A model generated the notes under the pieces. It did not search any database, had not been told where the DNA came from, and worked only from the letters and a program-made list of their open reading frames with translations. Below are positions 34,836 to 43,295 of a stretch of 43,295 nucleotides of DNA, one piece after another. Position numbers and translations under genes: made by a program. Source of the DNA: Bacteroides thetaiotaomicron. GTDB lineage: Bacteria > Bacteroidota > Bacteroidia > Bacteroidales > Bacteroidaceae. Every line of letters begins with the position of its first letter. Positions within the stretch are counted from its first letter, which is position 1. The stretch covers positions 1 through 43,295 of the forward strand of contig CAVHBF010000005.1 in NCBI GenBank assembly GCA_963634195.1, given 5' to 3'.

Positions 34836-35999
34836 ATGAAAAAAATTCTGCTCTTAGGCTCAGGCGAACTGGGCAAGGAATTCGTCATTGCCGCCCAGCG
34901 TCTGGGACAGCACGTGATAGCCTGCGACAGCTATGCCGGAGCACCGGCCATGCAGGTGGCCGATGAATGCGAAGTGTTCTCCATGCTTGACGGCGAAGCT
35001 CTTGAGGCTGCTGTGCGCAAACACCGCCCCGACATCATAGTGCCGGAAATAGAGGCCATACGCACGGAGAAGCTCTATGAATTCGAGAAACAGGGCATAC
35101 AGGTTACCCCCTCTGCCCGTGCGGTCAACTTCACCATGAACCGCAAGGCCATACGCGATCTGGCCGCCGTAGACCTCGGTCTTAAGACCGCCCGCTACCG
35201 CTATGCCAAGACTTTTGCGGAACTCCAGGCCGGGGCTGACGAAGTTGGATTTCCATGTATAGTCAAGCCGCTGATGTCTTCATCGGGCAAGGGGCAGAGT
35301 CTCGTCAAGACCGCCGATGACCTGCTGCACGCATGGGAATACGGCATGAGCGGCAGCCGAGGCGATGTCAAGGAAGTCATAATAGAGGAGTTTATCAAGT
35401 TCGACTATGAGATTACCCTCCTCACCGTGACGCAGAAAAACGGGCCGATCCTCTTCTGCGCACCTATAGGACACGTGCAGAAAGGCGGCGATTACCGCGA
35501 GAGTTTCCAACCCATGCCGATGAAAGAGGAACATCTCAAGGAAGCGCAGCGTATGGCCGCCGCCGTGACGGAAGCCCTCACTGGTGCAGGTCTTTGGGGA
35601 GTGGAGTTCTTCATAAGCAACACCGGCGGCGTATATTTCAGCGAACTGTCACCCCGTCCGCACGACACAGGCATGGTCACCCTCGCCGGCACACAGAATT
35701 TCAGTGAATTCGAGTTGCACTGCCGTGCCGTGCTCGGACTGCCAGTGCCGTGTATCAAACAACTGCGCATCGGAGCCAGTGCCGTCATTCTCTCCGGCAT
35801 AGCAAGTACGGACAGACCCGAATACACCGGCATAGAGAAAACCTGTGAAGAAGATGCCGATATTCGTATCTTCGGCAAACCGTCCACGCGCCTCAACCGC
35901 CGCATGGGCGTGGTGATTTGCAACGGACCGCTGGACAGCGACATGGATGCGCTGCGCGACAAGGCGAAGCGTCTTGCCTCGTACGTGGAAGTCAAATAA
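34836..35999 (+). CDS. purT: Formate-dependent phosphoribosylglycinamide formyltransferase (GAR transformylase 2)
   Basis: The ATG at 34836 gives [27 protein letters not shown]-grasp body with the PurT-typical SSGKGQS and EEFI.FD.EITLLTV. 387 aa. Confidence 0.92.
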   Translation: MKKILLLGSGELGKEFVIAAQRLGQHVIACDSYAGAPAMQVADECEVFSMLDGEALEAAVRKHRPDIIVPEIEAIRTEKLYEFEKQGIQVTPSARAVNFTMNRKAIRDLAAVDLGLKTARYRYAKTFAELQAGADEVGFPCIVKPLMSSSGKGQSLVKTADDLLHAWEYGMSGSRGDVKEVIIEEFIKFDYEITLLTVTQKNGPILFCAPIGHVQKGGDYRESFQPMPMKEEHLKEAQRMAAAVTEALTGAGLWGVEFFISNTGGVYFSELSPRPHDTGMVTLAGTQNFSEFELHCRAVLGLPVPCIKQLRIGASAVILSGIASTDRPEYTGIEKTCEEDADIRIFGKPSTRLNRRMGVVICNGPLDSDMDALRDKAKRLASYVEVK

Positions 36000-36022
36000 A
36001 ACCGTGCAAAAGGGACTCCCTC

Positions 36023-36979
36023 TCAGCAACTGTGGGTGTCCTTGCCTTCCGTCCGGCGAAGGAATATGTTGGCGAGCATGGCTCCCGACACATTGTGCCA
36101 CACGCTGAACACAGCCCCTGGTATGGTTGCCAGCGGATACTGGGCGAAATGGACTGTGGCGAGGGATGTCGCCAGACCGGAGTTCTGCATACCCACTTCT
36201 ATGGCTACCGTGCGGCATTTCACGGTAGACATCCTCATGAGCTTGCCCGCCCCATAGCCGAGGGCATAGCCCAGAACATTGTGCAGCATCACCACACACA
36301 GCACTGTCAGTCCGCAAGTCATCAGCTTGGCGGAATTAGCGCTTACCACCGCGCCGACTATGGCCACTATGGCCAGTGTGGACACAAGTGGAAGCACGCT
36401 GACGGCACGACCGGCAAACCCCGAGAAAAAACGGTTTATCACGAACCCGAGCCCTATCGGCAGAAGCACAACCTGTACGATTGACAGGAACATTGACATG
36501 ACATCAACGTCAACGGTCTGTCCGGCGTATAGCCATGTGAGCAAAGGCGTAGCCACAGGAGCCATTATTGTAGACGTGGCGGTCATGGCTACCGACAGCG
36601 GCACGTCCCCCTTGGCAAGGTAAGTCATCACGTTTGACGAGGTGCCGCCGGGACAAGTGCCGACCAGTATCACGCCCACCGTGAGTTCCGGCGAGAGACA
36701 GAAGCAACGTGCCAGTACAAAGGCCAGAAGCGGCATGATGGTGAACTGCGCCACGAAACCGATAACCACATCCTTGGGACGGGCAAACACTATGCGGAAA
36801 TCGCCAGGTTTCAATGTCAGCCCCATGCCGAACATCACGATGCCCAACAGCGTGTTCACATAACTTGTCTTTATGAAACTCACCGCCCCGGGCTCTATCA
36901 GAGCCACAATAGCCATACATATCACTATGGCAGACATGTGCCTGCTGACGAAATCAGAAACTTTTTTCAGAAAAACCAT
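36023..36979 (-). CDS. Bile acid:sodium symporter (BASS/SBF) family transporter
   Basis: Polytopic, about 318 aa. Motifs GLILVGTCPGGTSSNV-like (VGVILVGTCPGGTSSNVMTY) and QNSGLA are typical of the SBF family. First ATG chosen (the ORF track starts at a TTG at 36985). Confidence 0.85.
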   Translation of the reverse strand: MVFLKKVSDFVSRHMSAIVICMAIVALIEPGAVSFIKTSYVNTLLGIVMFGMGLTLKPGDFRIVFARPKDVVIGFVAQFTIMPLLAFVLARCFCLSPELTVGVILVGTCPGGTSSNVMTYLAKGDVPLSVAMTATSTIMAPVATPLLTWLYAGQTVDVDVMSMFLSIVQVVLLPIGLGFVINRFFSGFAGRAVSVLPLVSTLAIVAIVGAVVSANSAKLMTCGLTVLCVVMLHNVLGYALGYGAGKLMRMSTVKCRTVAIEVGMQNSGLATSLATVHFAQYPLATIPGAVFSVWHNVSGAMLANIFLRRTEGKDTHSC

Positions 36980-37040
36980 TGTCAACTATCTCGTTTTGAT
37001 TCTTTGTTTTGTCGCATGAATATCCGTGCGGAAATAAACT

Positions 37041-38069
37041 TCATTTCATACCGCTGCGCTGCAGCACATTGCGCCGCAGGTTGTCGCCGTAGAAGAACAG
37101 CTCCTGCAGGTGCAGATTCCCCGTGGGAAATAATGTCTTCAGACCGGAAAACGTGTAGCGGCGGGGGTCAATGCCGCTAACCACCAGCACGTTGTGTATG
37201 GTATCCACACTGACCGTAACCGCAGTGGCGGAGTCTGTCGGGGTCACCGCAGTGGCATACGGGAACCGTACGTCATCGGCCTTGGGCTGCGCACCGGCCG
37301 CCAAGAGCGTTGCCTGAGCGGGTGTGACTGTCCACGAAACAGGATTGATACACCCTATGTTGCCCTCGCACAGCATCGGGCACACGGCATCTGCCGAGGT
37401 CACGCTGTTGAAGTTCACCGTAACGCCCAACGATGAAGAGTCGCGCGCAAGCTTAACGTGCGAAGTGCGGTGTCCTGCCCGCGTCACGGTGTCTTCGGCA
37501 GTTACGCCATAGCCAACCACATAAGCGGCGATGAGCCGGCGGCAAGTCTCGTCGTCAATATGCCAGAGCACCTCCTTTACCATCTGCCCGCCCTGACTGT
37601 ATCCGGCAAGGACAAACGGCCTTCCCTTGTTGTAGTGTTCCAGATAATAGTCAAAAGCGTCCAAAGCATCCCTGACGGCCATGCGTCCGGCCTCTTTTGC
37701 GGCAGTCCCCAGAAGTCCTCCGAATGTGGCCTGCCGGTAATATGGCAAAAACAGGTTTGCCCGTGTGGCGAAAATCGTGTCTGCCAGTTCGGCTGACAAC
37801 CGCCATGCTTCCACATGATCCGGGTTCGACGGGTCGGCATTGTGGTGTATGCGCCCTGCAGCATCCGTCCAGTCAGCAACACACGTCGGAAGAAAATAAA
37901 ACACGTCTGGAAGAGTACTGCCTGCATTTTCCAAGCGTTCGGCTCCTTCATACCAGAGAGACTTGTCCGACCAGTCAAGCGAAACACTGCTGCACGAGTC
38001 CGTACCGAAACCACTGCCGGAACAGCCGACAAAGGCGGAAATCAGTATCAATGCGCACAGATATTTCAT
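37041..38069 (-). CDS. Lipoprotein with alpha/beta-hydrolase features (DUF3089-like)
   Basis: The ATG at 38069 gives MKYLCALILISAFVGCSG (lipobox). Nucleophile-elbow-like GYSQGG. The longer ORF start at 38114 would overlap carB. Confidence 0.7.
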   Translation of the reverse strand: MKYLCALILISAFVGCSGSGFGTDSCSSVSLDWSDKSLWYEGAERLENAGSTLPDVFYFLPTCVADWTDAAGRIHHNADPSNPDHVEAWRLSAELADTIFATRANLFLPYYRQATFGGLLGTAAKEAGRMAVRDALDAFDYYLEHYNKGRPFVLAGYSQGGQMVKEVLWHIDDETCRRLIAAYVVGYGVTAEDTVTRAGHRTSHVKLARDSSSLGVTVNFNSVTSADAVCPMLCEGNIGCINPVSWTVTPAQATLLAAGAQPKADDVRFPYATAVTPTDSATAVTVSVDTIHNVLVVSGIDPRRYTFSGLKTLFPTGNLHLQELFFYGDNLRRNVLQRSGMK

Positions 38070-38095
38070 CCGGCAGCCTGCCTGTACTGCACACA

Positions 38096-41000
38096 TCACT
38101 CGTAGTCCTGCCACGCCTTAATGCTGATGTCCTCAAGACCGACATTGCAGAAAGCCTCGATGAAAGCGCGCGCAAGGCGGGCGTTGGTAATCAGCGGGAT
38201 ATTGTGGTCTATGGCGGCACGGCGTATTTTGTAGCCGTTGGTAAGTTCGCGGGCTGTATGGTTCTTGGGAATATTGACAATGAGGTCGAACTTGTGACCG
38301 GCAATGAGATCCATCACGTTGAACCCGCTGTCGGACTGTTCGTCAGGCCATAGGGCGGCCGTAGCCCTGACTCCGTTTTCGTTGAGGAACTTGGCGGTTC
38401 CCTCTGTTGCATAGAGGGTGTAGCCTTTCTTGTCAAGCAGGCGTGCAGCCTGAAGCAGACTCACCTTGGACTTGACCTCTCCGCTCGAAATCATGATTGC
38501 CTTGTCTTTTGCCGGAATCTTGTAGCCAGTGGATATAAGGGCGTTGAGCAGGGCCTCGTTGTAGTCCTCGCCCAGACAGCCCACCTCGCCGGTGCTGCTC
38601 ATGTCAACACCCAGAATGGGGTCGGCGTTCTGCAGACGGGCAAACGAGAACTGGCTGGCCTTGACCCCTATGCGGTCAATGTCAAACGCCGACTTGTCGG
38701 GACGGTTGTAGGGAGCGTCCAGCATGATGCGCGTGGCGGTCTCTATGAAATTGCGTTTCAGCACCTTGCTCACGAACGGGAACGAACGGCTGGCGCGCAG
38801 GTTGCACTCTATGACCTTTACCTCACGGTCTTTTGCCAGATACTGGATGTTGAACGGTCCGGAAATGTTGAGTTCCCTCGCGATGGCACGGCTTGTCTTC
38901 TTGATCTGGCGCGCTGTGGAGAAATATATCTGCTGTGCCGGAAACACCATGGTTGCATCACCGGAGTGGACTCCGGCATACTCCACATGTTCGGAGATGG
39001 CATATTCAACAATCTCGCCGTGGTCGGCAACGGCATCAAACTCTATTTCCTTTGTTTCCTGCATGAACTGCGACACGACAACGGGATATTCCTTGCTGAC
39101 CTCGCTGGCCATCGCAAGGAAACGCTTGAGCTGGTCGTCTGTATGACACACGTTCATGGCGGCTCCCGACAGCACATAGGACGGGCGCACGAGCACAGGA
39201 TAGCCCACCTCCTCCACAAACGAGTGTATGTCCTCAAGCGAGGTAAGGGCCCTCCACTTGGGCTGGTCTATACCCAACTGGTCAAGCATGGCAGAGAACT
39301 TGTTGCGGTTTTCGGCACGGTCTATGCTTACCGGCGATGTGCCCAGCACCGGCACGCTCTGGCGGAACAGCTTCATCGCCAGATTGTTGGGAATCTGTCC
39401 TCCCACGCTGACGATGACTCCGCGTGGCTGTTCAAGATCAATCACGTCAAGCACGCGCTCAAACGACAGTTCGTCAAAATACAGACGGTCACACATATCA
39501 TAGTCGGTAGAGACCGTTTCGGGATTGTAGTTTATCATGATGGACTTGTAGCCCAGTTTGCGCGCTGTCTGTATGGCGTTGACCGAGCACCAGTCGAATT
39601 CCACGGAAGAACCTATGCGGTAGGCTCCCGAACCAAGCACGATAACCGACTTCTCGTTCTTGTAGTAGTTGATGTCGTACCCCTCCGCACCGTAGGTCAT
39701 GTACAGGTAGTTGGTAAGGTCGGGATGCTCGCTCGCCACGGTGGGAATGCGTTTTACCGCGGGGAGGATACCCAATTCTTTCCTGCGGGCGCGCACTGCA
39801 AGGTTTTCCTTCTCCATATTGCCCTTGCCGGTCTTGAGCACAAAACGGGCTATCTGGAAATCGCTGAACCCGTAAGCCTTGGCCTGGCGCAAATCTTCGG
39901 CGGATATTTCCTCCAGCGAGTTGTATGCCTCCAGTTTGTGTTTCCAGTCAACGATGTTCTTCATCTTGCCGATGAACCACGGGTCTATTTTGGTCAGCTC
40001 ATAAAGGCGTTCGGTGGAATAACCCTGTTCCAGGGCTTGCGCCAGGGCAAAAATGCGGAGATCTGTTGGATTGGACAGCTCCTCGTCAAGGTCATCAAAA
40101 TGGATATGGGGGTTGCCCACAAAGCCGTGCATGCCCTGGCCTATCATGCGCAGTCCTTTCTGCAGCAGTTCCTCAAAAGTCCGCCCTATGGACATTATCT
40201 CACCCACCGACTTCATCGAAGAACCGATTTTGCGGCTCACCCCACTGAATTTGGTGAGATCCCATCGTGGAATCTTGCAGATGAGGTAGTCAAGCGACGG
40301 GGCTGCGTATGCCGAATTTGACGTGCCCATCTCGCCTATCCGGTCAAGGGTATAGCCCAACGCTATCTTTGCGGCCACGAAAGCCAACGGGTAGCCCGTG
40401 GCCTTGGATGCGAGAGCCGACGAGCGGCTCAGGCGGGCGTTGATCTCAATGATGCGGTAGTCATCGGTGAACGAGTTGAAAGCATACTGTATGTTGCACT
40501 CTCCCACGATGTTGAGGTGACGCACACACTTTACTGCAATGTCCTGCAGCTTTCTGACCTGTACATCGGCAAGCGAGCAGGTGGGAGCTACCACGATGGA
40601 CTCACCCGTATGAATGCCCAGAGGATCGAAATTCTCCATTGAAGCCACGGTAAAGCAGTGGTCGTTGGCATCGCGGATCACCTCGAACTCTATCTCCTTC
40701 CACCCTTTCAGACACTCTTCAACCAACACCTGTGGGGCAAAGGTGAATGCACTTTCGGCAATTTGCCTGAACGTATCTTCATCAGGACACACGCCCGAAC
40801 CGAGACCGCCAAGAGCATAGGCGGAACGGATCATCACCGGAAAGCCTATCTTGCGGGCGGCGGCAAGGGCTTCCTCCATCGTTTCGCAGGCCTGGCTGAC
40901 CGGAACCTTGAGCTCCGCCTCATTGAGTCTGCGCACAAAACGGTCGCGGTCTTCGGTATCCATAATGGCTTCAACACTGGTACCCAGCACGCTGACACCG

Positions 41001-41326
41001 TATTTTTCAAACACACCGCTGTTGTACAGTTCTGTGCCGCAGTTAAGCGCAGTCTGACCGCCCCATGCCAGCATGATGCCGTCGGGACGCTCTTTCTTGA
41101 TTATCTCCGTAACGAAATATGGATTGACAGGGAGGAAATAAACCCGGTCGGCAATGCCCTCGCTGGTCTGTATGGTTGCCACGTTGGGATTGACAAGCAC
41201 AGACTTGATTCCCTCCTCGCGAAGGGCTTTGAGAGCCTGCGAACCCGAATAGTCAAACTCGCCGGCCTGACCTATCTTCAATGCTCCCGAACCGAGCACG
41301 AGCACTTTCCTTAACTGTTGTTTCAT
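38096..41326 (-). CDS. carB: Carbamoyl-phosphate synthase large subunit
   Basis: The ATG at 41326 gives MKQQLRKVLVLGSGALKIGQAGEFDYSG. Duplicated ATP-grasp halves (second: VIVLGSGAYRIGSSVEFDWC). MGS-like C-terminal domain. 1076 aa. Confidence 0.96.
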   Translation of the reverse strand: MKQQLRKVLVLGSGALKIGQAGEFDYSGSQALKALREEGIKSVLVNPNVATIQTSEGIADRVYFLPVNPYFVTEIIKKERPDGIMLAWGGQTALNCGTELYNSGVFEKYGVSVLGTSVEAIMDTEDRDRFVRRLNEAELKVPVSQACETMEEALAAARKIGFPVMIRSAYALGGLGSGVCPDEDTFRQIAESAFTFAPQVLVEECLKGWKEIEFEVIRDANDHCFTVASMENFDPLGIHTGESIVVAPTCSLADVQVRKLQDIAVKCVRHLNIVGECNIQYAFNSFTDDYRIIEINARLSRSSALASKATGYPLAFVAAKIALGYTLDRIGEMGTSNSAYAAPSLDYLICKIPRWDLTKFSGVSRKIGSSMKSVGEIMSIGRTFEELLQKGLRMIGQGMHGFVGNPHIHFDDLDEELSNPTDLRIFALAQALEQGYSTERLYELTKIDPWFIGKMKNIVDWKHKLEAYNSLEEISAEDLRQAKAYGFSDFQIARFVLKTGKGNMEKENLAVRARRKELGILPAVKRIPTVASEHPDLTNYLYMTYGAEGYDINYYKNEKSVIVLGSGAYRIGSSVEFDWCSVNAIQTARKLGYKSIMINYNPETVSTDYDMCDRLYFDELSFERVLDVIDLEQPRGVIVSVGGQIPNNLAMKLFRQSVPVLGTSPVSIDRAENRNKFSAMLDQLGIDQPKWRALTSLEDIHSFVEEVGYPVLVRPSYVLSGAAMNVCHTDDQLKRFLAMASEVSKEYPVVVSQFMQETKEIEFDAVADHGEIVEYAISEHVEYAGVHSGDATMVFPAQQIYFSTARQIKKTSRAIARELNISGPFNIQYLAKDREVKVIECNLRASRSFPFVSKVLKRNFIETATRIMLDAPYNRPDKSAFDIDRIGVKASQFSFARLQNADPILGVDMSSTGEVGCLGEDYNEALLNALISTGYKIPAKDKAIMISSGEVKSKVSLLQAARLLDKKGYTLYATEGTAKFLNENGVRATAALWPDEQSDSGFNVMDLIAGHKFDLIVNIPKNHTARELTNGYKIRRAAIDHNIPLITNARLARAFIEAFCNVGLEDISIKAWQDYE

Positions 41327-41413
41327 GTGTTGGTATGTTTTATTTGTCCTTATTCTTGTCCTGTGTGCAAATATCGTGAAAAAACTTGAATATCCGCTTA
41401 GAATGCGGCGACT

Positions 41414-41462
41414 AAATAAACCGGGCGACCGCATTGCATTTATGCGGCCGCCCGGTTTATTT
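41414..41462 (-). terminator. Intrinsic terminator between the lyase gene and carB
   Basis: AAATAAACCGGGCG-a-CCGCAT / ATGCGG-c-CGCCCGGTTTATTT, 20 paired positions, 7-nt loop, A/T tracts on both sides. Confidence 0.8.
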
Positions 41463-41526
41463 TTGTCTGAAAAACAGAATCCGCTACCCGGACGGACGGA
41501 GAGCAATCCCTCCCTCCGGCAAAAAG

Positions 41527-42975
41527 CTACAGACTGTCACCGAAATCCTTACGGAACTTGGCGGCGAGGTCTTCCTGCCAGTGGCCTATTTCCTTCATGC
41601 GGCCGAAGAAGAATCGCAGCACCTTGGGTTCCATCGTCCACTCCAGACCACCGATGAGCCCGCGATTGTCCCAAACCCATTTGACACGGTCTGCACAGTA
41701 CTTGATCTGGCTTAGGGTAAACACGCGGCGAGGCACGGCCAGACGCAACAGCTCCAGTTCAGCATAACGCTCTGTGCCATCGTCCTCACGCTGCTCGGAC
41801 ACGGTACCGCGCTCCATACCCCTCACGCCGCCGGCAATGAACACTGCTGCGCCGACAGCGGCGGCCGGATACTGGTTGTGAGGCATCTGCGGCACAAACT
41901 CCGAGCAGTTGAGATGGCAGCCCAATCCACCGGCAGGCAGGATTACTGGCACTCCGTAGTCATCAAGTTCCTTTGCCAAATAGGCAATGAACTCCGGTCC
42001 CTGGTTGATGTACTCCATATCCAGCGACTCCAGCAGACCCTGGGCGGCAGCCTCTATGGAACGCACCTCCATACCGCCGTACGTAAGGAATCCCTCGTAG
42101 AGGGGAATGAACTCCATGAGCATATTCGTCCATTTCGGGTCTTTGGAAATGATGAAGCCTCCGCGGCTGAATCCCAGTTTGCGTGCGGAGAAATATATGA
42201 TGTCGAAATGGTCGGCAAGGGTATGGTAAATTTCCTTGGTCGTCATGTCCTTGCACTGCGGCTCGCGCGTCTTCATGAAATAAACGTTGTCCTGCAGCAG
42301 CGAAGCGTCGAGCACGCTGACGATGCCGTTTTCCTTTGCGATGGCAGCAACGTCAAGCATATTGCCAAGCGAAACGGGCTGACCGCCTATGAGGTTGGTA
42401 CCAGCCTCCACGCGGATAAAGGCAATCTTCTCCGGAGTATTCTCCCTGATGCAGCCGCGCAGAGCCTCGAGGCTGAAATCGCCCTTAAACAAATCATCGC
42501 TCTGCGGCTTCAGCCCCTTCGGGTCCAGAAGTTCTATAACCTCACCGCCCAAACGGGTGATGTGGGCCTTGGTTGTGGTAAAGTGGAAGTTCATCAGTGC
42601 TTTCTGACCCGGTTTCACAAAACCCTCAGCCAGAATGTTTTCTGCTGCACGCCCCTGATGTACGGGAAGGGCGTTGTCCACGCCGAAGACCTCCTTGAGT
42701 GCAGCCTTTGCCCTGTTCCACGTCTCAGAACCGGCATAGGAATCATCGGCCACCAGCATTGCCGACACCTGCTTGTCCGACATGCCGTTGACACCGGAAT
42801 CGGTAATCATGTCCATGTAGATGTCGCGGTTCTGCAGGAGGAATGTGTTGTTGCCCGCTTCCTGAACAGCCTTCAGACGCTCTTCCACTGGAAGCAATGT
42901 AAGTTTCTGAACCATACGCACCTTATGCATCTCAAGAGGTACCTGGTTCTCCGATTGGTAAAATTTTACTGCCAT
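41527..42975 (-). CDS. Beta-eliminating lyase family protein (divergent tryptophanase / tyrosine phenol-lyase homolog)
   Basis: Aligns by eye with TnaA/TPL: EERLKAVQEAGNNTFLL, ITDSGVNGMSDKQ, DDSYAGSE, PVHQGRAAEN, FHFTTTKAH, GGQPVS, the PLP-lysine context FSARKLGFSRGGFI (TPL has MSGKKD) and LRLAVPRRVFT. It carries an extra C-terminal tail of about 25 aa. First ATG used (the ORF track starts at a TTG at 42987). Confidence 0.8.
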   Translation of the reverse strand: MAVKFYQSENQVPLEMHKVRMVQKLTLLPVEERLKAVQEAGNNTFLLQNRDIYMDMITDSGVNGMSDKQVSAMLVADDSYAGSETWNRAKAALKEVFGVDNALPVHQGRAAENILAEGFVKPGQKALMNFHFTTTKAHITRLGGEVIELLDPKGLKPQSDDLFKGDFSLEALRGCIRENTPEKIAFIRVEAGTNLIGGQPVSLGNMLDVAAIAKENGIVSVLDASLLQDNVYFMKTREPQCKDMTTKEIYHTLADHFDIIYFSARKLGFSRGGFIISKDPKWTNMLMEFIPLYEGFLTYGGMEVRSIEAAAQGLLESLDMEYINQGPEFIAYLAKELDDYGVPVILPAGGLGCHLNCSEFVPQMPHNQYPAAAVGAAVFIAGGVRGMERGTVSEQREDDGTERYAELELLRLAVPRRVFTLSQIKYCADRVKWVWDNRGLIGGLEWTMEPKVLRFFFGRMKEIGHWQEDLAAKFRKDFGDSL

Positions 42976-43127
42976 AGCAATTGTCAATGTTTTCTACATT
43001 TGTTGTCGCAAGAAAAAAGGACAGTCCGGATAAGCCGACATGCAACCACATCATCAGGCCCTGTTCACGATTCGGGAAAACCATGGCTGCAACAAAGTCT
43101 TCTATCCTAAGCCTTTTAACTCGGCGG

Positions 43128-43158
43128 CAAAGGTAACACGTATATTCTTATTAACAAA
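43128..43158 (-). promoter_or_regulatory. Well-spaced Bacteroidota promoter on the minus strand: -33 TTTG (43155-43158) and -7 TACCTTTG (43128-43135)
   Basis: The minus strand reads aTTTTGttaataagaatatacgtgtTACCTTTGcc with a 19-nt spacer. It lies about 150 nt upstream of the lyase ATG. Confidence 0.5.
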
Positions 43159-43295
43159 ATTTAAAGCCGCAAAAAGTTGCTTTCGGACGAAAGGAACGGC
43201 TTTTTACCATGCGGAAACCACACTAAAAGCAGGGCTTTCCCCGGCTTCCCCTTGAAAGGTGTTTGCAGACCGCTTCGGCATACTCGCACTTGGTC

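Noticed and set aside
34228-34888. ORFs 34228-34707 (+) and 34583-34888 (-) in and around the nim/purT intergenic region.
   Set aside because: The first is antisense to the nim-like gene. The second spans both divergent promoters. Neither has recognisable features.
38070-38114. Upstream extension of the lipoprotein ORF that would overlap the 3-prime end of carB.
   Set aside because: The ATG at 38069 yields a canonical lipoprotein signal peptide and removes the overlap.
41368-41375. Near-consensus -7 box GATATTTG (minus strand) upstream of carB.
   Set aside because: Only 7 of 8 positions match (the first T is missing) and there is no -33 TTTG at proper spacing. It is plausible but too weak to list as a feature.
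43015-43045. The minus-strand string CGGCUUAUCCGG resembles the 3-prime end of bacterial RNase P RNA.
   Set aside because: No other RNase P conserved regions (e.g. GGAAAGUCCGG) are present within the available roughly 300 nt. This is a coincidental short match inside the lyase leader.
43040-43255. 71-codon plus-strand ORF at the window edge.
   Set aside because: It lies antisense to the lyase promoter and leader, and has no promoter box, no motifs and an unconvincing composition.
1-43295. Scan for tRNA/rRNA genes, CRISPR repeats, IS inverted repeats, integrase, transposase or defence-system genes.
   Set aside because: I found none. There are no regularly spaced direct repeats, no T-loop GGTTCGAATCC-type motifs and no recombinase-like ORFs. 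Every large ORF is accounted for by a metabolic, envelope or translation function.

Overview
The window looks like a chromosomal, mostly housekeeping segment of a Bacteroidales (Bacteroidota) genome. Three things support this: repeated TAnnTTTG -7 promoter boxes, the conserved uppS-bamA-ompH-ompH block, and two proteins ending in T9SS (Por) C-terminal sorting domains. I call 34 protein genes. Plus strand, 139-15566: GT9 glycosyltransferase, LpxL-type acyltransferase, tricorn-like S41 protease, EEP-fold phosphoesterase, SDR-type threonine dehydrogenase, O-acetylhomoserine sulfhydrylase, a lipoprotein, an OM beta-barrel protein, UppS, BamA and two OmpH/Skp. Mostly minus strand, 16120-42975: Apt, a T9SS cargo protein, a GT2-acetyltransferase fusion, a 1315-aa modular GH31, MazG, ValS, an ECF sigma/anti-sigma/periplasmic trio, a cargo-less T9SS-CTD mini-protein, a flippase-like membrane protein, RNase Z, ribosomal protein S1, YhhQ, a Nim/PNPOx-family protein, PurT (plus strand), a BASS transporter, an alpha/beta-hydrolase lipoprotein, CarB and a divergent tryptophanase/tyrosine-phenol-lyase homolog. 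I found no tRNA, rRNA, CRISPR array, transposase, integrase or recognisable defence genes. I do not see a compelling complete novel system. The best leads are: (1) an apparent single transcription unit at 16706-23162 holding a GH31 with dockerin plus cohesin-like modules but no outer-membrane export signal, a GT2/TM-hairpin/hexapeptide-acetyltransferase fusion and an uncharacterised T9SS cargo; (2) a 31-nt preQ1-I-like pseudoknot abutting the yhhQ start codon; (3) a stand-alone signal-peptide-plus-T9SS-CTD gene with its own promoter; (4) a terminator-bracketed AT-rich 346-bp orphan locus where the bamA/ompH block ends; (5) a divergent beta-eliminating lyase with a long leader. All product calls come from motifs I recognise by eye. 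No database search was run. Start codons were chosen by signal peptide, ATG position and overlap logic and may be off by a few codons.
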